From assembly GCA_017503375.1 (NCBI GenBank), contig JAFVTF010000067.1:4042-68041 (forward strand): a stretch of DNA of 64,000 bases. Reading direction: 5' to 3'. The notes under the pieces were generated by a model. That model searched no databases. It saw only the letters and a list, made by a program, of their open reading frames with translations, and was not told where the DNA came from. The translations under genes and the position numbers were made by a program. The DNA is from Lentisphaeria bacterium (GTDB lineage: Bacteria > Verrucomicrobiota > Lentisphaeria > Victivallales > UBA1829). This document shows positions 1-9,314 of this stretch, in pieces. How positions within the stretch are numbered: the first letter of the stretch is position 1; every line of letters starts with the position of its first letter.

Positions 1-1
1 G

Positions 2-358
2 ATGCGGAAAGGAAAACCGGGAGAAATTGAACGGTTCCGTGAGATTTTTGACCGGGTAAACCGTCAAACAGGCAAGAAACAATATATGGATCCGTACTTT
101 ATTTCCAATTTCCCCGGCTGTACACGGAAACAGATGAAAGTAGTGGATGATTTTCTGGTAAAGAATCATTGGGACCCCAGACAGGTACAGGATTATATTC
201 CTTTGCCGATGACCATGGGATGCGCCATGTATTGTTCCGGTATCGACCCGGAGGGAAATCCGATTGAAGTAAACCGCGGATTGGCTGAACGGCGGGATCA
301 GCGGGATATGCTCCGGAGAAAACATACCCGGAACCATAATGTCAAAAAACGGAAATAA
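2..358 (+). CDS. C-terminal fragment of a YgiQ-family (UPF0313) radical SAM protein, 5' end cut by the window edge
   Basis: The ORF is open to the window start. The string GKKQYMDPYFISNFPGC...DPRQVQDYIPLPMTMGCAMYCSGIDP resembles the conserved C-terminal (DUF3362-type) region of YgiQ proteins. Confidence 0.7.
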   Translation: MRKGKPGEIERFREIFDRVNRQTGKKQYMDPYFISNFPGCTRKQMKVVDDFLVKNHWDPRQVQDYIPLPMTMGCAMYCSGIDPEGNPIEVNRGLAERRDQRDMLRRKHTRNHNVKKRK

Positions 359-604
359 TTTTAAATAAATTACTTTTTTACTTTGAAAATATGCAGAACT
401 GGCATATATTATATGCCGTGAGGTCGGTTTAAAACATTTTTGAACCGGCAATAAAGAAAACAATATGGGTAATTTCAAAGGGGCTTTTGAAATTGCCTCA
501 AATATCTATCATTAGTCTTTGTGAATGGTACAGGATAAAAAACGCTGTTCCGCCCATTCCGGAGATTCTATGAAAATACAAAAATAATTGAGGAGGCAGA
601 ACTT

Positions 605-1486
605 ATGAAAAAATTACTGTGTGTCGTCTTGTTGGCTTTCTGGGGAATGATGCTTTTGGCAGATGAAGGCAGAACATTTGAAACGTTGACAAAATACAAA
701 TATAAGAATGTAAGAATTGAAGGAATCACCTGGAAGGGAATCCGGATCCGTCATGATAAAGGAAACCGTTATATAACGGATAAAGATTTGACTGCTGCAG
801 ATAAAGATCTGTTGAAAAAAGAATTGGAAATCTGGCGCGGGAAAGCAGAGAAACATAACCGCCGCAACAGTGTCCGTTCCGGTGCCCGGGCTGAACAGGA
901 AAAAGAATTGAAAGCTCTTCAGACTCAACTTCCCAAGATGAATGGGAAAGCCGTATGCAACTGGTTTCAGCCGAGAATCGGAGCAACTCCGTATGATAAA
1001 GATTTTCGATCAAAGTATTTTTCCGCTTTTGCATACGCCAAGAACGGCCGGGCTGTCATGAAAGCTGTTGAAGCGCGTATGAGAGCGATTGACACGGAAG
1101 AGTTCAATAAATTGAAGGATGCTTGTCTTGGCGGTTCCGTTGCTCAGGCAAACAGTGTCTTGAGAAAACGGATTGGTGCTGCGTATGAACACCCCAATTT
1201 CACTGAAAATTTGCGTATGCGCTTTATCTGGGTTCCCGTCAATGTCAGAACTGCTTTCGTGAATTCTCTGAAGGAAATGGCTGATCAGGAAAAAATTTGC
1301 TGCTTCTGTAAAAAAGAACCTTCCTTGAAACCCGGCAGCTATGGAAAGGCATGTTCTGCCAAAGTCTGTACGAAGTGTCAGAAAAATCTTGTGGAAAAAG
1401 CTGATGCCAACAGCAAAGAGAAGATTTGTGAATCATGTAAGGCGGAAGCCGACGGCGGTGGCGGCGATGAAGTTGCTCCGATGTGA
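605..1486 (+). CDS. Hypothetical secreted protein with a C-terminal Cys-rich (CxC/CxxC) cluster
   Basis: GAGGAGG RBS upstream of ATG 605. Signal-peptide-like MKKLLCVVLLAFWGMMLLA. C-terminus CCFC...CSAKVCTKC...CESC. No family recognised. Confidence 0.6.
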   Translation: MKKLLCVVLLAFWGMMLLADEGRTFETLTKYKYKNVRIEGITWKGIRIRHDKGNRYITDKDLTAADKDLLKKELEIWRGKAEKHNRRNSVRSGARAEQEKELKALQTQLPKMNGKAVCNWFQPRIGATPYDKDFRSKYFSAFAYAKNGRAVMKAVEARMRAIDTEEFNKLKDACLGGSVAQANSVLRKRIGAAYEHPNFTENLRMRFIWVPVNVRTAFVNSLKEMADQEKICCFCKKEPSLKPGSYGKACSAKVCTKCQKNLVEKADANSKEKICESCKAEADGGGGDEVAPM

Positions 1487-1530
1487 TGCTGTAATTTCAA
1501 AGAGTTATCCGGGAAAGGGGTCAATTTTTT

Positions 1531-2712
1531 ATGGGTAAAGTTTTATTGTCAGTTGTAATGTGCTGCGTTGCAGCGTTTGTATTTGCACAGGTGGAAGTTT
1601 CCATCACAGGAAAACAGGGGGATGATACTCTTGTTCTCCGTGATTTCAAGGGCGATATGGTTATGCGCCGCCAGCTGGAACGTGATTTGCGGAATTGCGG
1701 ATGGTTTGATGTCCAGCAAAAAGGTGTGGCAAACTATATGGTCAGCGGTTATTCCCGTGGAAATCAGTTGGAACTGGTTGTTACGGATGGCGCAGGGGCA
1801 CGGATTACAACGGTCCGGGCTTATGGTTCCACACCGGCTCAGGCCTCCCATAAAGCAGTGGATGCTCTGCTGAAATATCTTTATAAAGTAGATGGTATCT
1901 GCAGTTCCAAAATAGCATTTACCGCAGAAATCTCTCCGATGCAGAAAGAGATTTATATTTGCGATTATGATGGAACGAATTTCAAGCGTCTGACCTATAA
2001 CCGGGGACTGTCTCTGGATCCTGTCTGGTCCCCCAACGGAAACAGTGTCGTTTACAGTTACATCGGCAATGCGTATACCGTTCTGATGGAACATCATGTA
2101 GCAAGCGGACAATCCCGGCAGCTTGCAAAATTCCGCGGCTTGAACGCCGGAGGCGCAATCTCTCCGAATGGTACACATGTCGCTTTGGTTTTGAGTAAAG
2201 ATAATCAGGTCGATCTTTATGTCCGGCCTTTGAACGGCGGAACATTGCGCCGCCTGACCCGGGATAAAGCGGTGGAGGCCTCTCCCTGCTGGTCTCCTGA
2301 CGGAACAAAGATCTGCTATGTTTCCGATTCCGGTTACGGCAGACCCCGGCTTTATGTCATCTCTGTAAACGGCGGAAGAGCGGTCCGGCTTCCCGGAAGT
2401 CTGGGCAGCGAAAGCGTTTCTCCCTCCTGGGGAAAAGATGGAAAGATCACCTATTGTGCCAAGAGCGGAAATTACAGCGTATATGTTGTTGATCCGAACG
2501 GCGTTTCAGCGAATGAGCCCAGACAGAAAATCGGTCGGGTCGTGAACGCCGGAGGCGATTGGGAAAGTCCCTCCTGGGCTCCGGATAACCGGCATATCGT
2601 CTGTTCCCATAACGGAGGTCTTTATGTCGTTGACACCTGGTCCGGAAAGAGCCGTCAGATTGTAGGCGGAAAATCCAAATGTACACTTCCGGACTGGTCT
2701 CCGCTGAACTGA
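1531..2712 (+). CDS. tolB: TolB-like periplasmic beta-propeller protein
   Basis: Signal peptide, then repeated PD40/WD40-like signatures (WSPNG, ISPNG, WSPDG, SWGKDG, SWAPD) after a short N-terminal domain. The size (393 aa) is close to TolB. Confidence 0.6.
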   Translation: MGKVLLSVVMCCVAAFVFAQVEVSITGKQGDDTLVLRDFKGDMVMRRQLERDLRNCGWFDVQQKGVANYMVSGYSRGNQLELVVTDGAGARITTVRAYGSTPAQASHKAVDALLKYLYKVDGICSSKIAFTAEISPMQKEIYICDYDGTNFKRLTYNRGLSLDPVWSPNGNSVVYSYIGNAYTVLMEHHVASGQSRQLAKFRGLNAGGAISPNGTHVALVLSKDNQVDLYVRPLNGGTLRRLTRDKAVEASPCWSPDGTKICYVSDSGYGRPRLYVISVNGGRAVRLPGSLGSESVSPSWGKDGKITYCAKSGNYSVYVVDPNGVSANEPRQKIGRVVNAGGDWESPSWAPDNRHIVCSHNGGLYVVDTWSGKSRQIVGGKSKCTLPDWSPLN

Positions 2713-2719
2713 GTTTTTT

Positions 2720-3985
2720 ATGGCTTACGATATCGAATGGCTGAATTCAACCGGTTTTTTTACGATTAAACTCGGTTTGGAGCGGATGGAAGAGCTGCTG
2801 GAACGGATGGGGCGGCCTCAGGATTCTTTGCGTTTTGTTCATGTAGCGGGAAGTAATGGGAAAGGGTCGGTCTGTTCTTTGACAGAAACAGCGTTGCGGA
2901 AAATGGGGTATAAAACCGGATTTTACAGTTCTCCGCATTTGATCAAGCTCACAGAACGTTTCCGGGTCAATGGAACGCCTGCCGGGGATGAATGTTTTAT
3001 CCGCAGTGCCGAATCCGTCAGAAAACATGTGGAAGCGATGAGAAAAAACAACAACTCGCCTTCTTATTTTGAGATAACGACTGCCATTGCATTGGAAATT
3101 TTCCGTTCAGAGAATGTGGATTTTGTGATATGGGAAACCGGACTTGGCGGCAGATTGGACGCCACGAATGTGGTTATTCCGGAACTGTCCGTCATAACGG
3201 GGATTTCTCTGGAACATACAGCTTATCTTGGAACAACTTTGAGTGCAGTTGCCGGAGAGAAAGCCGGAATTATCAAACCGGGCGTTCCGGTGATTTGCGG
3301 GCCGATGCCGGAAGAAGCCCGTTCTGTTATAGCTCAAAAAGCCGCTGACTTGAATGCTCCTTTTGTACAGGTTCCTGCTTATACCGGAGCATATCAAATC
3401 AACCGGGAACAGTTTTGTCAGAAGATCACTGTGGATGGTCAGCAGTTTTTGCTGAGCCTGCCGGGTGCGTATCAGCGCAATAATGCTTCCACAGCGTTTT
3501 ACGGTTTGAAATATCTTGCCTCAAAATATGATTTTGATTTTTCAACAGCACTTTCCGGTTTCGGTGAAACCCGCTGGAGTGCCAGATTTCAGTATATTCC
3601 AGAGAAAAATCTGTTGATAGACGGTGCGCATAATCCGGAGGGAATGCAGGCTTTGGCATCAGCTTTGCAGGATTATTTCCCCGGAGAACGCTTTCATTTT
3701 CTTGCCGGATGTTTTGCGGATAAAAATGCGGAAGAGGTCGTGGCTGCCTTTGCACCGCTTGCTGAAGATGTTTCATTTATCGCTTTCGACGGTTCCGGCA
3801 GAGAGATTTGCTCTCCGGCCCAGTTGGGCGGTTTACTGGAAAAATATGCTCCCGGAATTTCCTGGCGTGAGGCAGATTTGGCAGAATCTTTGCAGAAACT
3901 CACGGCTGAATCTGGAATAACAGTCCTTTGCGGTTCTCTTCACATGTGCGGAGAAGCTTTGGAATTGCTCGGCTTGCCGGGATAA
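2720..3985 (+). CDS. folC: Folylpolyglutamate synthase / dihydrofolate synthase
   Basis: Mur-ligase P-loop VAGSNGKGS, an IDGAHNPEG motif, 421 aa. Confidence 0.85.
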   Translation: MAYDIEWLNSTGFFTIKLGLERMEELLERMGRPQDSLRFVHVAGSNGKGSVCSLTETALRKMGYKTGFYSSPHLIKLTERFRVNGTPAGDECFIRSAESVRKHVEAMRKNNNSPSYFEITTAIALEIFRSENVDFVIWETGLGGRLDATNVVIPELSVITGISLEHTAYLGTTLSAVAGEKAGIIKPGVPVICGPMPEEARSVIAQKAADLNAPFVQVPAYTGAYQINREQFCQKITVDGQQFLLSLPGAYQRNNASTAFYGLKYLASKYDFDFSTALSGFGETRWSARFQYIPEKNLLIDGAHNPEGMQALASALQDYFPGERFHFLAGCFADKNAEEVVAAFAPLAEDVSFIAFDGSGREICSPAQLGGLLEKYAPGISWREADLAESLQKLTAESGITVLCGSLHMCGEALELLGLPG

Positions 3986-3995
3986 TTTCCGGAAA

Positions 3996-4934
3996 TCAAT
4001 CCTTCTTATCTCCGATAAAATCATCAAAATCGCCGAAAGAGTCCGGATCTTCTTTTTTGTCTTCAATACGATCCATGAACGGAAGATCTTTGATTTCTTC
4101 ATAGTCCACATCTTTTGTAGCGATTCTTCCACCATCAATAATGACAGAACCGTCACTGGGATTGCTGACAAGAAACGGAGTCGTTGTTGTTCGGAGATAA
4201 ACCTGACGTTTTTCAAGTTTTCCGTTGAAATTATATCTGTAGTAGATAAAGACCTTCTGTGTGACATGAATCATTGCATGGAGTCTTGCCGTGGAATCGA
4301 CCAGTAATTGCGGACGGTAATCCGGTCCCAAATCGAATCCGAGACGTTTGACAGCATACACGTTTTCTGCATCTTCAATGATGAGATAATAAAGCTGTGC
4401 GGTTCCGTTATTGAAGATTCTGATATTATAATTTCTGGTTGGGACTTTTTGCGTGACCAGCCGTTTTCCCGTATAATCCGGAACTCCGAAAAGCCGTTTC
4501 CAGTAAAGAGAACCGTTTCCGACACTGAAACTGGTTTCATTGGAACGGTAGCTGCCGGATAATCTGGGATGTTTGACAATTGCTGTCACACTGTAATCTC
4601 CCAGTTCCTGAAGGGGATAATAGTTGGAAAGATTGATTGTGATATTGCGGGTTTCCCCGGGTTTCAGAATCAAACCGGAGAGAATCGGTTTTTTTCCGGG
4701 AAGCCGTTCCAGTAATTTTCTGTTTTTGTGGTAGATGACAAAATCCAGTTCCCCGCGCAGTTGTTTACTGTGACCGAAGGTGATCGGCATGGATGAATAA
4801 TTTTTGAGGTAAATTCTGAGCCGCACTGCATCGTACTGCATAAAATCAGTATGGCTGGGCTTGATGTTGAGCGAAATCTGAGCGAATCCCTGCAAGCCGG
4901 CAAGCATCAGAAGCAGTAATAATATTTTTTTCAT
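3996..4934 (-). CDS. Hypothetical secreted protein with an acidic C-terminal tail
   Basis: Signal peptide MKKILLLLLMLAGLQGFAQ. Long clean ORF. C-terminus EDKKEDPDSFGDFDDFIGDKKD. No family recognised. Confidence 0.6.
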   Translation of the reverse strand: MKKILLLLLMLAGLQGFAQISLNIKPSHTDFMQYDAVRLRIYLKNYSSMPITFGHSKQLRGELDFVIYHKNRKLLERLPGKKPILSGLILKPGETRNITINLSNYYPLQELGDYSVTAIVKHPRLSGSYRSNETSFSVGNGSLYWKRLFGVPDYTGKRLVTQKVPTRNYNIRIFNNGTAQLYYLIIEDAENVYAVKRLGFDLGPDYRPQLLVDSTARLHAMIHVTQKVFIYYRYNFNGKLEKRQVYLRTTTTPFLVSNPSDGSVIIDGGRIATKDVDYEEIKDLPFMDRIEDKKEDPDSFGDFDDFIGDKKD

Positions 4935-5144
4935 AGTGTATCTCTCCGTTCATAATGATTGGATTTGTAAATTACATCATAAATGGTTACTTTTCAAATG
5001 CAAAAAATAAAAAAATCCTTAAAACAGAGGAAGTTTACCGAAAAATATATTGAATCAGGAATGAATTCATTTTTTTCGGACTTGATTTTTTACCGTTTTT
5101 GTGCTAATTTAATTAGATAAACCTAAAAACGTCAGGAAGTTTTT

Positions 5145-6047
5145 ATGACAATTACAGCCGCAATACTTGTTTTTATTTCCGTGTTCATGCACGCTGCATG
5201 GAATTTGATGTCCAAAACCACCCAGCCATCCACGGCATTTTATCTGATTATGAACTTTGTCGGAGGGATCATCTGGCTGCCGTTTTTTATCATGAGTGCA
5301 AACTCCTTCTGGGGACTGCCTCCGCTGTTTTATTGGCTTTTCGCAGCGACTTGCGTGTTTGAAGTCCTTTACATGTATGGATTGGCACATGGATACAAGC
5401 ATGGAGATATCTCTCTGATTTATCCGCTCGTGCGAACTCTTCCGGTATTGATGCTTGCGGTAATCACTCTTGTTGCCGGAATCGGTAAACCGTTCGGAGC
5501 CATTACAATGTTCGGTATGATCGTGATCGCATGCGGCTGCCTGATCATGCCATTTCAATCATTCCGGAATATTTCTTTCAAAAATCTGAATGGAATCGCT
5601 CTGGTCTTTGTATGTCTCGGTGCAATCGGAACGACCGGGTATACTTTGTGTGACAGTGAGGCGTTGAAACTTGTCGCTCCCGATGGGAATGTTTCAGCCG
5701 TCTGTACACTGGGTTATCTGTTTCTGATGCAGACCGGTTTGACTCTCGGAGAAGTTCCGCTGGTTGTTTTTGACAAAAAAGAACACGAAGCAATGAAAAA
5801 CATCTGGGGAAAGAAAATTATTTATCCGGTTCTTGCCGGGGTAGTCAGCTCTATGGCATATGCCTTGATTCTGATTGCTATGCAGTATGTCACCAATGTC
5901 AGTTACATTCAGGCATTCCGTCAGCTCAGTCTGCCGATCGGCTTTGTTGCCGGAGTGATCTTCCTGCATGAAAAAAGTTCTGCGACCAAAGTTGTCGGTC
6001 TTTCCCTGATTCTGATCGGGTTGATCGTTGTGGCTTTTACAAAATAG
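5145..6047 (+). CDS. EamA/DMT-superfamily multi-pass membrane transporter
   Basis: 300-aa, highly hydrophobic protein with about 10 helical segments in two halves. AGGAAG RBS before ATG 5145. Confidence 0.6.
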   Translation: MTITAAILVFISVFMHAAWNLMSKTTQPSTAFYLIMNFVGGIIWLPFFIMSANSFWGLPPLFYWLFAATCVFEVLYMYGLAHGYKHGDISLIYPLVRTLPVLMLAVITLVAGIGKPFGAITMFGMIVIACGCLIMPFQSFRNISFKNLNGIALVFVCLGAIGTTGYTLCDSEALKLVAPDGNVSAVCTLGYLFLMQTGLTLGEVPLVVFDKKEHEAMKNIWGKKIIYPVLAGVVSSMAYALILIAMQYVTNVSYIQAFRQLSLPIGFVAGVIFLHEKSSATKVVGLSLILIGLIVVAFTK

Positions 6048-6060
6048 TCCGCATAAAATT

Positions 6061-6124
6061 CCGGAAAATTTTCTTCAAAAGTTTTCCTTTTTTTCCCGGT
6101 CACAAATCAATCATTATTGGAAAG
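6061..6124 (+). repeat. Partial copy (hairpin-2 plus tail) of the ~150-nt intergenic repeat family
   Basis: ggaaaattttcttcaaaagttttcc...ggtcacaaatcaatcattattggaaag aligns with 6254-6318 and 28052-28111. Confidence 0.6.
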
Positions 6125-6165
6125 CTCTGTTCCCAATAAGGGTTGATAAATCTTTCTGTTATTTT

Positions 6166-6316
6166 AACCCCAAAATGGCATTTTGATTTCTGCTGATACA
6201 AAAATCGGAATGCCGCAAAAAGGTTTGAAAAAGGATGATGGGGTTTGGGGAAGAAGGGAAAAACTTTCCTGAAAAGTTTTTCCCATCTTCCCCGATCACA
6301 AATCAACCTTTATTGG
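6166..6316 (+). repeat. Full copy 1 of the ~150-nt two-hairpin intergenic repeat (possible REP/BIME-like element or small RNA)
   Basis: About 90% identical to 27965-28111 in the same orientation. Hairpin 1 is 6177-6214 (13 bp including two G-U pairs that only work on the + strand). Hairpin 2 is 6247-6293 (21-bp stem). It lies between convergent genes. Confidence 0.8.
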
Positions 6317-6357
6317 AAACAAAGCCACAATGGAAAGCTGACTGTTTCAGCCTGCGG

Positions 6358-9297
6358 TTACTTCTGAACCCGTTCCAGAGAGAACTGATCAACATAAACT
6401 TTGTTCGGATTCACATTTTTCTTATGGAAACCTCCCAGATAGAAAAATGCATCCTGACTCAGTTTCACAGGACCAAGCCGGAACAGTTTATAATCCTTTC
6501 CGGAATAATCTTTTATTTTAAGTTTTTTCGTATAAATAACCTTTTTTGTAAACTGATCGTAAAATCCAACGCTGTTTGTCAAATCCGGGTCAACGGCATC
6601 TGTTCTGATTCTCAGATTGACATAGTATTCCGCTTTTTCGATCGGTCCGAGTTTGCACCACATGCTCCAGCCTTTATTGCCGTCAGTGACAACACTCTTT
6701 CCATCCAGTGCTGCCGGATCATTGCAGAATGATTTCAGCATGAATTTTGATTCCGGATAGACGATTTCCGGCATACTGATTCTGCCGAACTGCTTCAATC
6801 CATTCCGGTATCCGAGAGTGAAGAACAGCGGAGACCATGCAGCTGTCGGTTCTTTTGCAGGCAGCGTTCGGAAAAAGTTCGCAGTCATTCCTGTTTTCAT
6901 CTGATTGAATGGTAATTGTTTCAACGGAATCGCCATCATCCATTCCCATGTATTGCCGGAAAGATTGTTGATAAAACGCGGCGTAAGTTTTCCTTTTTCG
7001 CGTTCTTCTTTTCCGTCCTTCATGAAGAATTTCAACTGCTCGATTTTTCCTGCAGGGGAGATCGCTATGTGCCATAATGGTCTTGCAGCATATTCCGAAA
7101 AGAATAACTCTACACAATCGCTCCAGAAATCCCGGTTGGAAACGATCACCCCGCCGGGATTGTTTTCTGTGTATTTCAGGTAAAGATACTGTTTATCTGC
7201 TGCCGCAAGCATGGAGATATTGCGGGCATGTGCTTTTCCATCTTTGTTCTGAAGCCAAAGACCGGTGGAGTTTGCTTTTGACCAGTTGACTTTTTCCGGA
7301 TTACCTCCGGCATTCGAGACCATGGCGGGAATCAATTTTTTCTGTTTGGTCTTGCCCATATTTGCCATTTTCTGTTCGTACTGGAGTTTGCCTTTTCTTG
7401 CTTCTTCCCATACACCTTTGATAAATCTTTGAAGATTCGCTTTTTCAAAAGGTGTTTTAACCAGAACAGATGCTTCTTTCAGAAGGGCTTCTATTTGATT
7501 GAAACGTTCGTTGCTGCCGATTTTCCAGTTGATATCTTCTGTATGGAGTCCGGTTCCCCAATAGGGATTATGCGCGCCCCGCGGACCATAAGGTTTGGAA
7601 ATATCGTCTGTCCATTCTTTCGGGTAATTATTTTTATTCCACCATGCGTCTTCGCTGATCCTGTAAATCTTTTTCATCGCAGGAGCAGCTTTTCCGTAAC
7701 TTGCATTGAACCAGTCATCAATGATCTTATCCGGATCGAGAGAGGGATCAAAAGCCAGCTTTGCCGCAACGTATGCTTCCAGAAGGCTGTATTGCAGTTC
7801 GACTTCCGTAAACCATCCTTTCACTCCGCTGGAGAACAGTTTTTTCATCATTTCCCCGTTTTTCCAAGGATAAAGCCCCGGGAAACTGTGATATTGAAAA
7901 TGTACTTTTGAATCCCAGTGCGGTGAAAAGATATAAGTCCAGAGCATTACAGGACGCTTTTTTGCCTCGTTTTTGATCCATTTGCTGTATTCCAGTTCCT
8001 GAGCTGCTCTGATGCCGGGATGCCACCAGGAATAGGTTGTCAGACACAAGGTGACAGAAATATTTTCCGGAAGTTTGAGTTTATCCGGATACGGAAGTGT
8101 CTGGATATATGCCAGCGTTGAAATTCCTGTTCCTTTTTGAAGAGCAGAGGCTTTTTTGGCGATCTCTGAAATAAAATGGAACTTCTGATGGGATGTTTTA
8201 TAATCTCCTTTCAAATCCGGGAACAATGCTTTGCAATTTTCACATTTACAGAACAGATTGCTGTCTGCCGGTTCCACCGGATAGAAGAACGGTTTGCCCG
8301 GAATACGCGGTGTCAGACATTTTTCCGGAGAAACTTTTCCGTTTGCGTTCCACCATCCGCCCCGGACATTTTTTCCCTGAGCATAACGGGCTGCAACTTC
8401 AGCAAAATGTTTATGGGTATCCGGATGAGTGAAACAAGGCTGAGGTGGAAGATCAGTATCGGCAGGGTATTTGCTTCTGACAGCTTTATCAGAATAACTG
8501 TTGGCACCTTTATATCCGGCAGCGAACAATTCCGGACGTTTCTGTTTGAATTCTCCTGCCAGATTCGGATCTTTTGCTTTATCCCAATACTGGAAATAAA
8601 GAGTATAATAGTTGTGAGCAGTTTTTCCGTAAATTTCACACTGTCTCCAGCGGAAAGACCACAAACGGCGTTCACGTTCAGAGAATGGAAGAACCGTATA
8701 GTTTCTGTCATCCGTATAAATTTCCCGGAATCCATCCAGCGGCGGCGTGAATTTTTTATCAAGAGGTGATACTGTCAGTGTTTTTTTCCGGGGATAAGCA
8801 ATGGAATCTTCCCAGGGTCCGGTAAAGAGAACACCGCAGCGGTTTTCCAGAAAATCGTAAACAGCGAATAAGGTTCCATAGGTTTGAAAATGAGGAATCG
8901 GGAATGTATTGTAATTCTGATAATTAACTTTTCCAAAATCCGGAGTATCATTTCCCGTCAGAAAAATCTGATCTCCTTCGGTTTTGATTTGGTAGGTTTC
9001 TCCGGAAAATTTTTCCGGTGTCAATCCGATCTCCCGGGCTGCTTTTGTATTCCCGATATAAATTTTCACTTTTTCCGGAGCTGATTCTGTCCGGATCGGC
9101 AGTTCTGCTCCGGAGATCAATTTTACAAAGTTCCTGAGTTCCAAGGCTCCGAGTTGGGCGGCCTTTGTCGGTTTTTTTCCGAGAATGATTGCCGCATTTG
9201 CGTTACCGTCTTTGACAAGAACGAGTTCTGCTGCCGAAAGGGAGAACATTCCCGGTAACAGAAACAACATAAATAAGATAACAGGTTTGTAAAACAT
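6358..9297 (-). CDS. Secreted DUF4838-type putative glycoside hydrolase with a CBM9-like C-terminal region
   Basis: Signal peptide. The N-terminus AELVLVKDGNANAAIILGKKPTKAAQLGALELRNFVKLISGAELPI is the typical DUF4838 opening. A DFWSDCVELFFS motif lies in the C-terminal third. GAAAGGA RBS. Confidence 0.6.
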   Translation of the reverse strand: MFYKPVILFMLFLLPGMFSLSAAELVLVKDGNANAAIILGKKPTKAAQLGALELRNFVKLISGAELPIRTESAPEKVKIYIGNTKAAREIGLTPEKFSGETYQIKTEGDQIFLTGNDTPDFGKVNYQNYNTFPIPHFQTYGTLFAVYDFLENRCGVLFTGPWEDSIAYPRKKTLTVSPLDKKFTPPLDGFREIYTDDRNYTVLPFSERERRLWSFRWRQCEIYGKTAHNYYTLYFQYWDKAKDPNLAGEFKQKRPELFAAGYKGANSYSDKAVRSKYPADTDLPPQPCFTHPDTHKHFAEVAARYAQGKNVRGGWWNANGKVSPEKCLTPRIPGKPFFYPVEPADSNLFCKCENCKALFPDLKGDYKTSHQKFHFISEIAKKASALQKGTGISTLAYIQTLPYPDKLKLPENISVTLCLTTYSWWHPGIRAAQELEYSKWIKNEAKKRPVMLWTYIFSPHWDSKVHFQYHSFPGLYPWKNGEMMKKLFSSGVKGWFTEVELQYSLLEAYVAAKLAFDPSLDPDKIIDDWFNASYGKAAPAMKKIYRISEDAWWNKNNYPKEWTDDISKPYGPRGAHNPYWGTGLHTEDINWKIGSNERFNQIEALLKEASVLVKTPFEKANLQRFIKGVWEEARKGKLQYEQKMANMGKTKQKKLIPAMVSNAGGNPEKVNWSKANSTGLWLQNKDGKAHARNISMLAAADKQYLYLKYTENNPGGVIVSNRDFWSDCVELFFSEYAARPLWHIAISPAGKIEQLKFFMKDGKEEREKGKLTPRFINNLSGNTWEWMMAIPLKQLPFNQMKTGMTANFFRTLPAKEPTAAWSPLFFTLGYRNGLKQFGRISMPEIVYPESKFMLKSFCNDPAALDGKSVVTDGNKGWSMWCKLGPIEKAEYYVNLRIRTDAVDPDLTNSVGFYDQFTKKVIYTKKLKIKDYSGKDYKLFRLGPVKLSQDAFFYLGGFHKKNVNPNKVYVDQFSLERVQK

Positions 9298-9314
9298 AAA
9301 AAAATCCTTTCCGG

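Noticed and set aside
3985-3996. 12-nt perfect palindrome ATTTCCGGAAAT lying exactly between the convergent stop codons of folC and the 3996-4934 gene
   Set aside because: It is too short and has too small a loop to form a terminator hairpin. TTCCGG-containing words are common throughout this sequence. It is not distinctive enough to call a site.
6100-6306. Small ORFs across the intergenic repeat (6100-6306 and 27880-28104 on the minus strand, 6235-6732 and 27891-28151 on the plus strand) whose peptides look homologous
   Set aside because: The peptide similarity simply reflects the ~90% nucleotide identity of a hairpin-rich repeat. The similarity is frame-independent, there is no RBS, and the similarity ends at the repeat borders.
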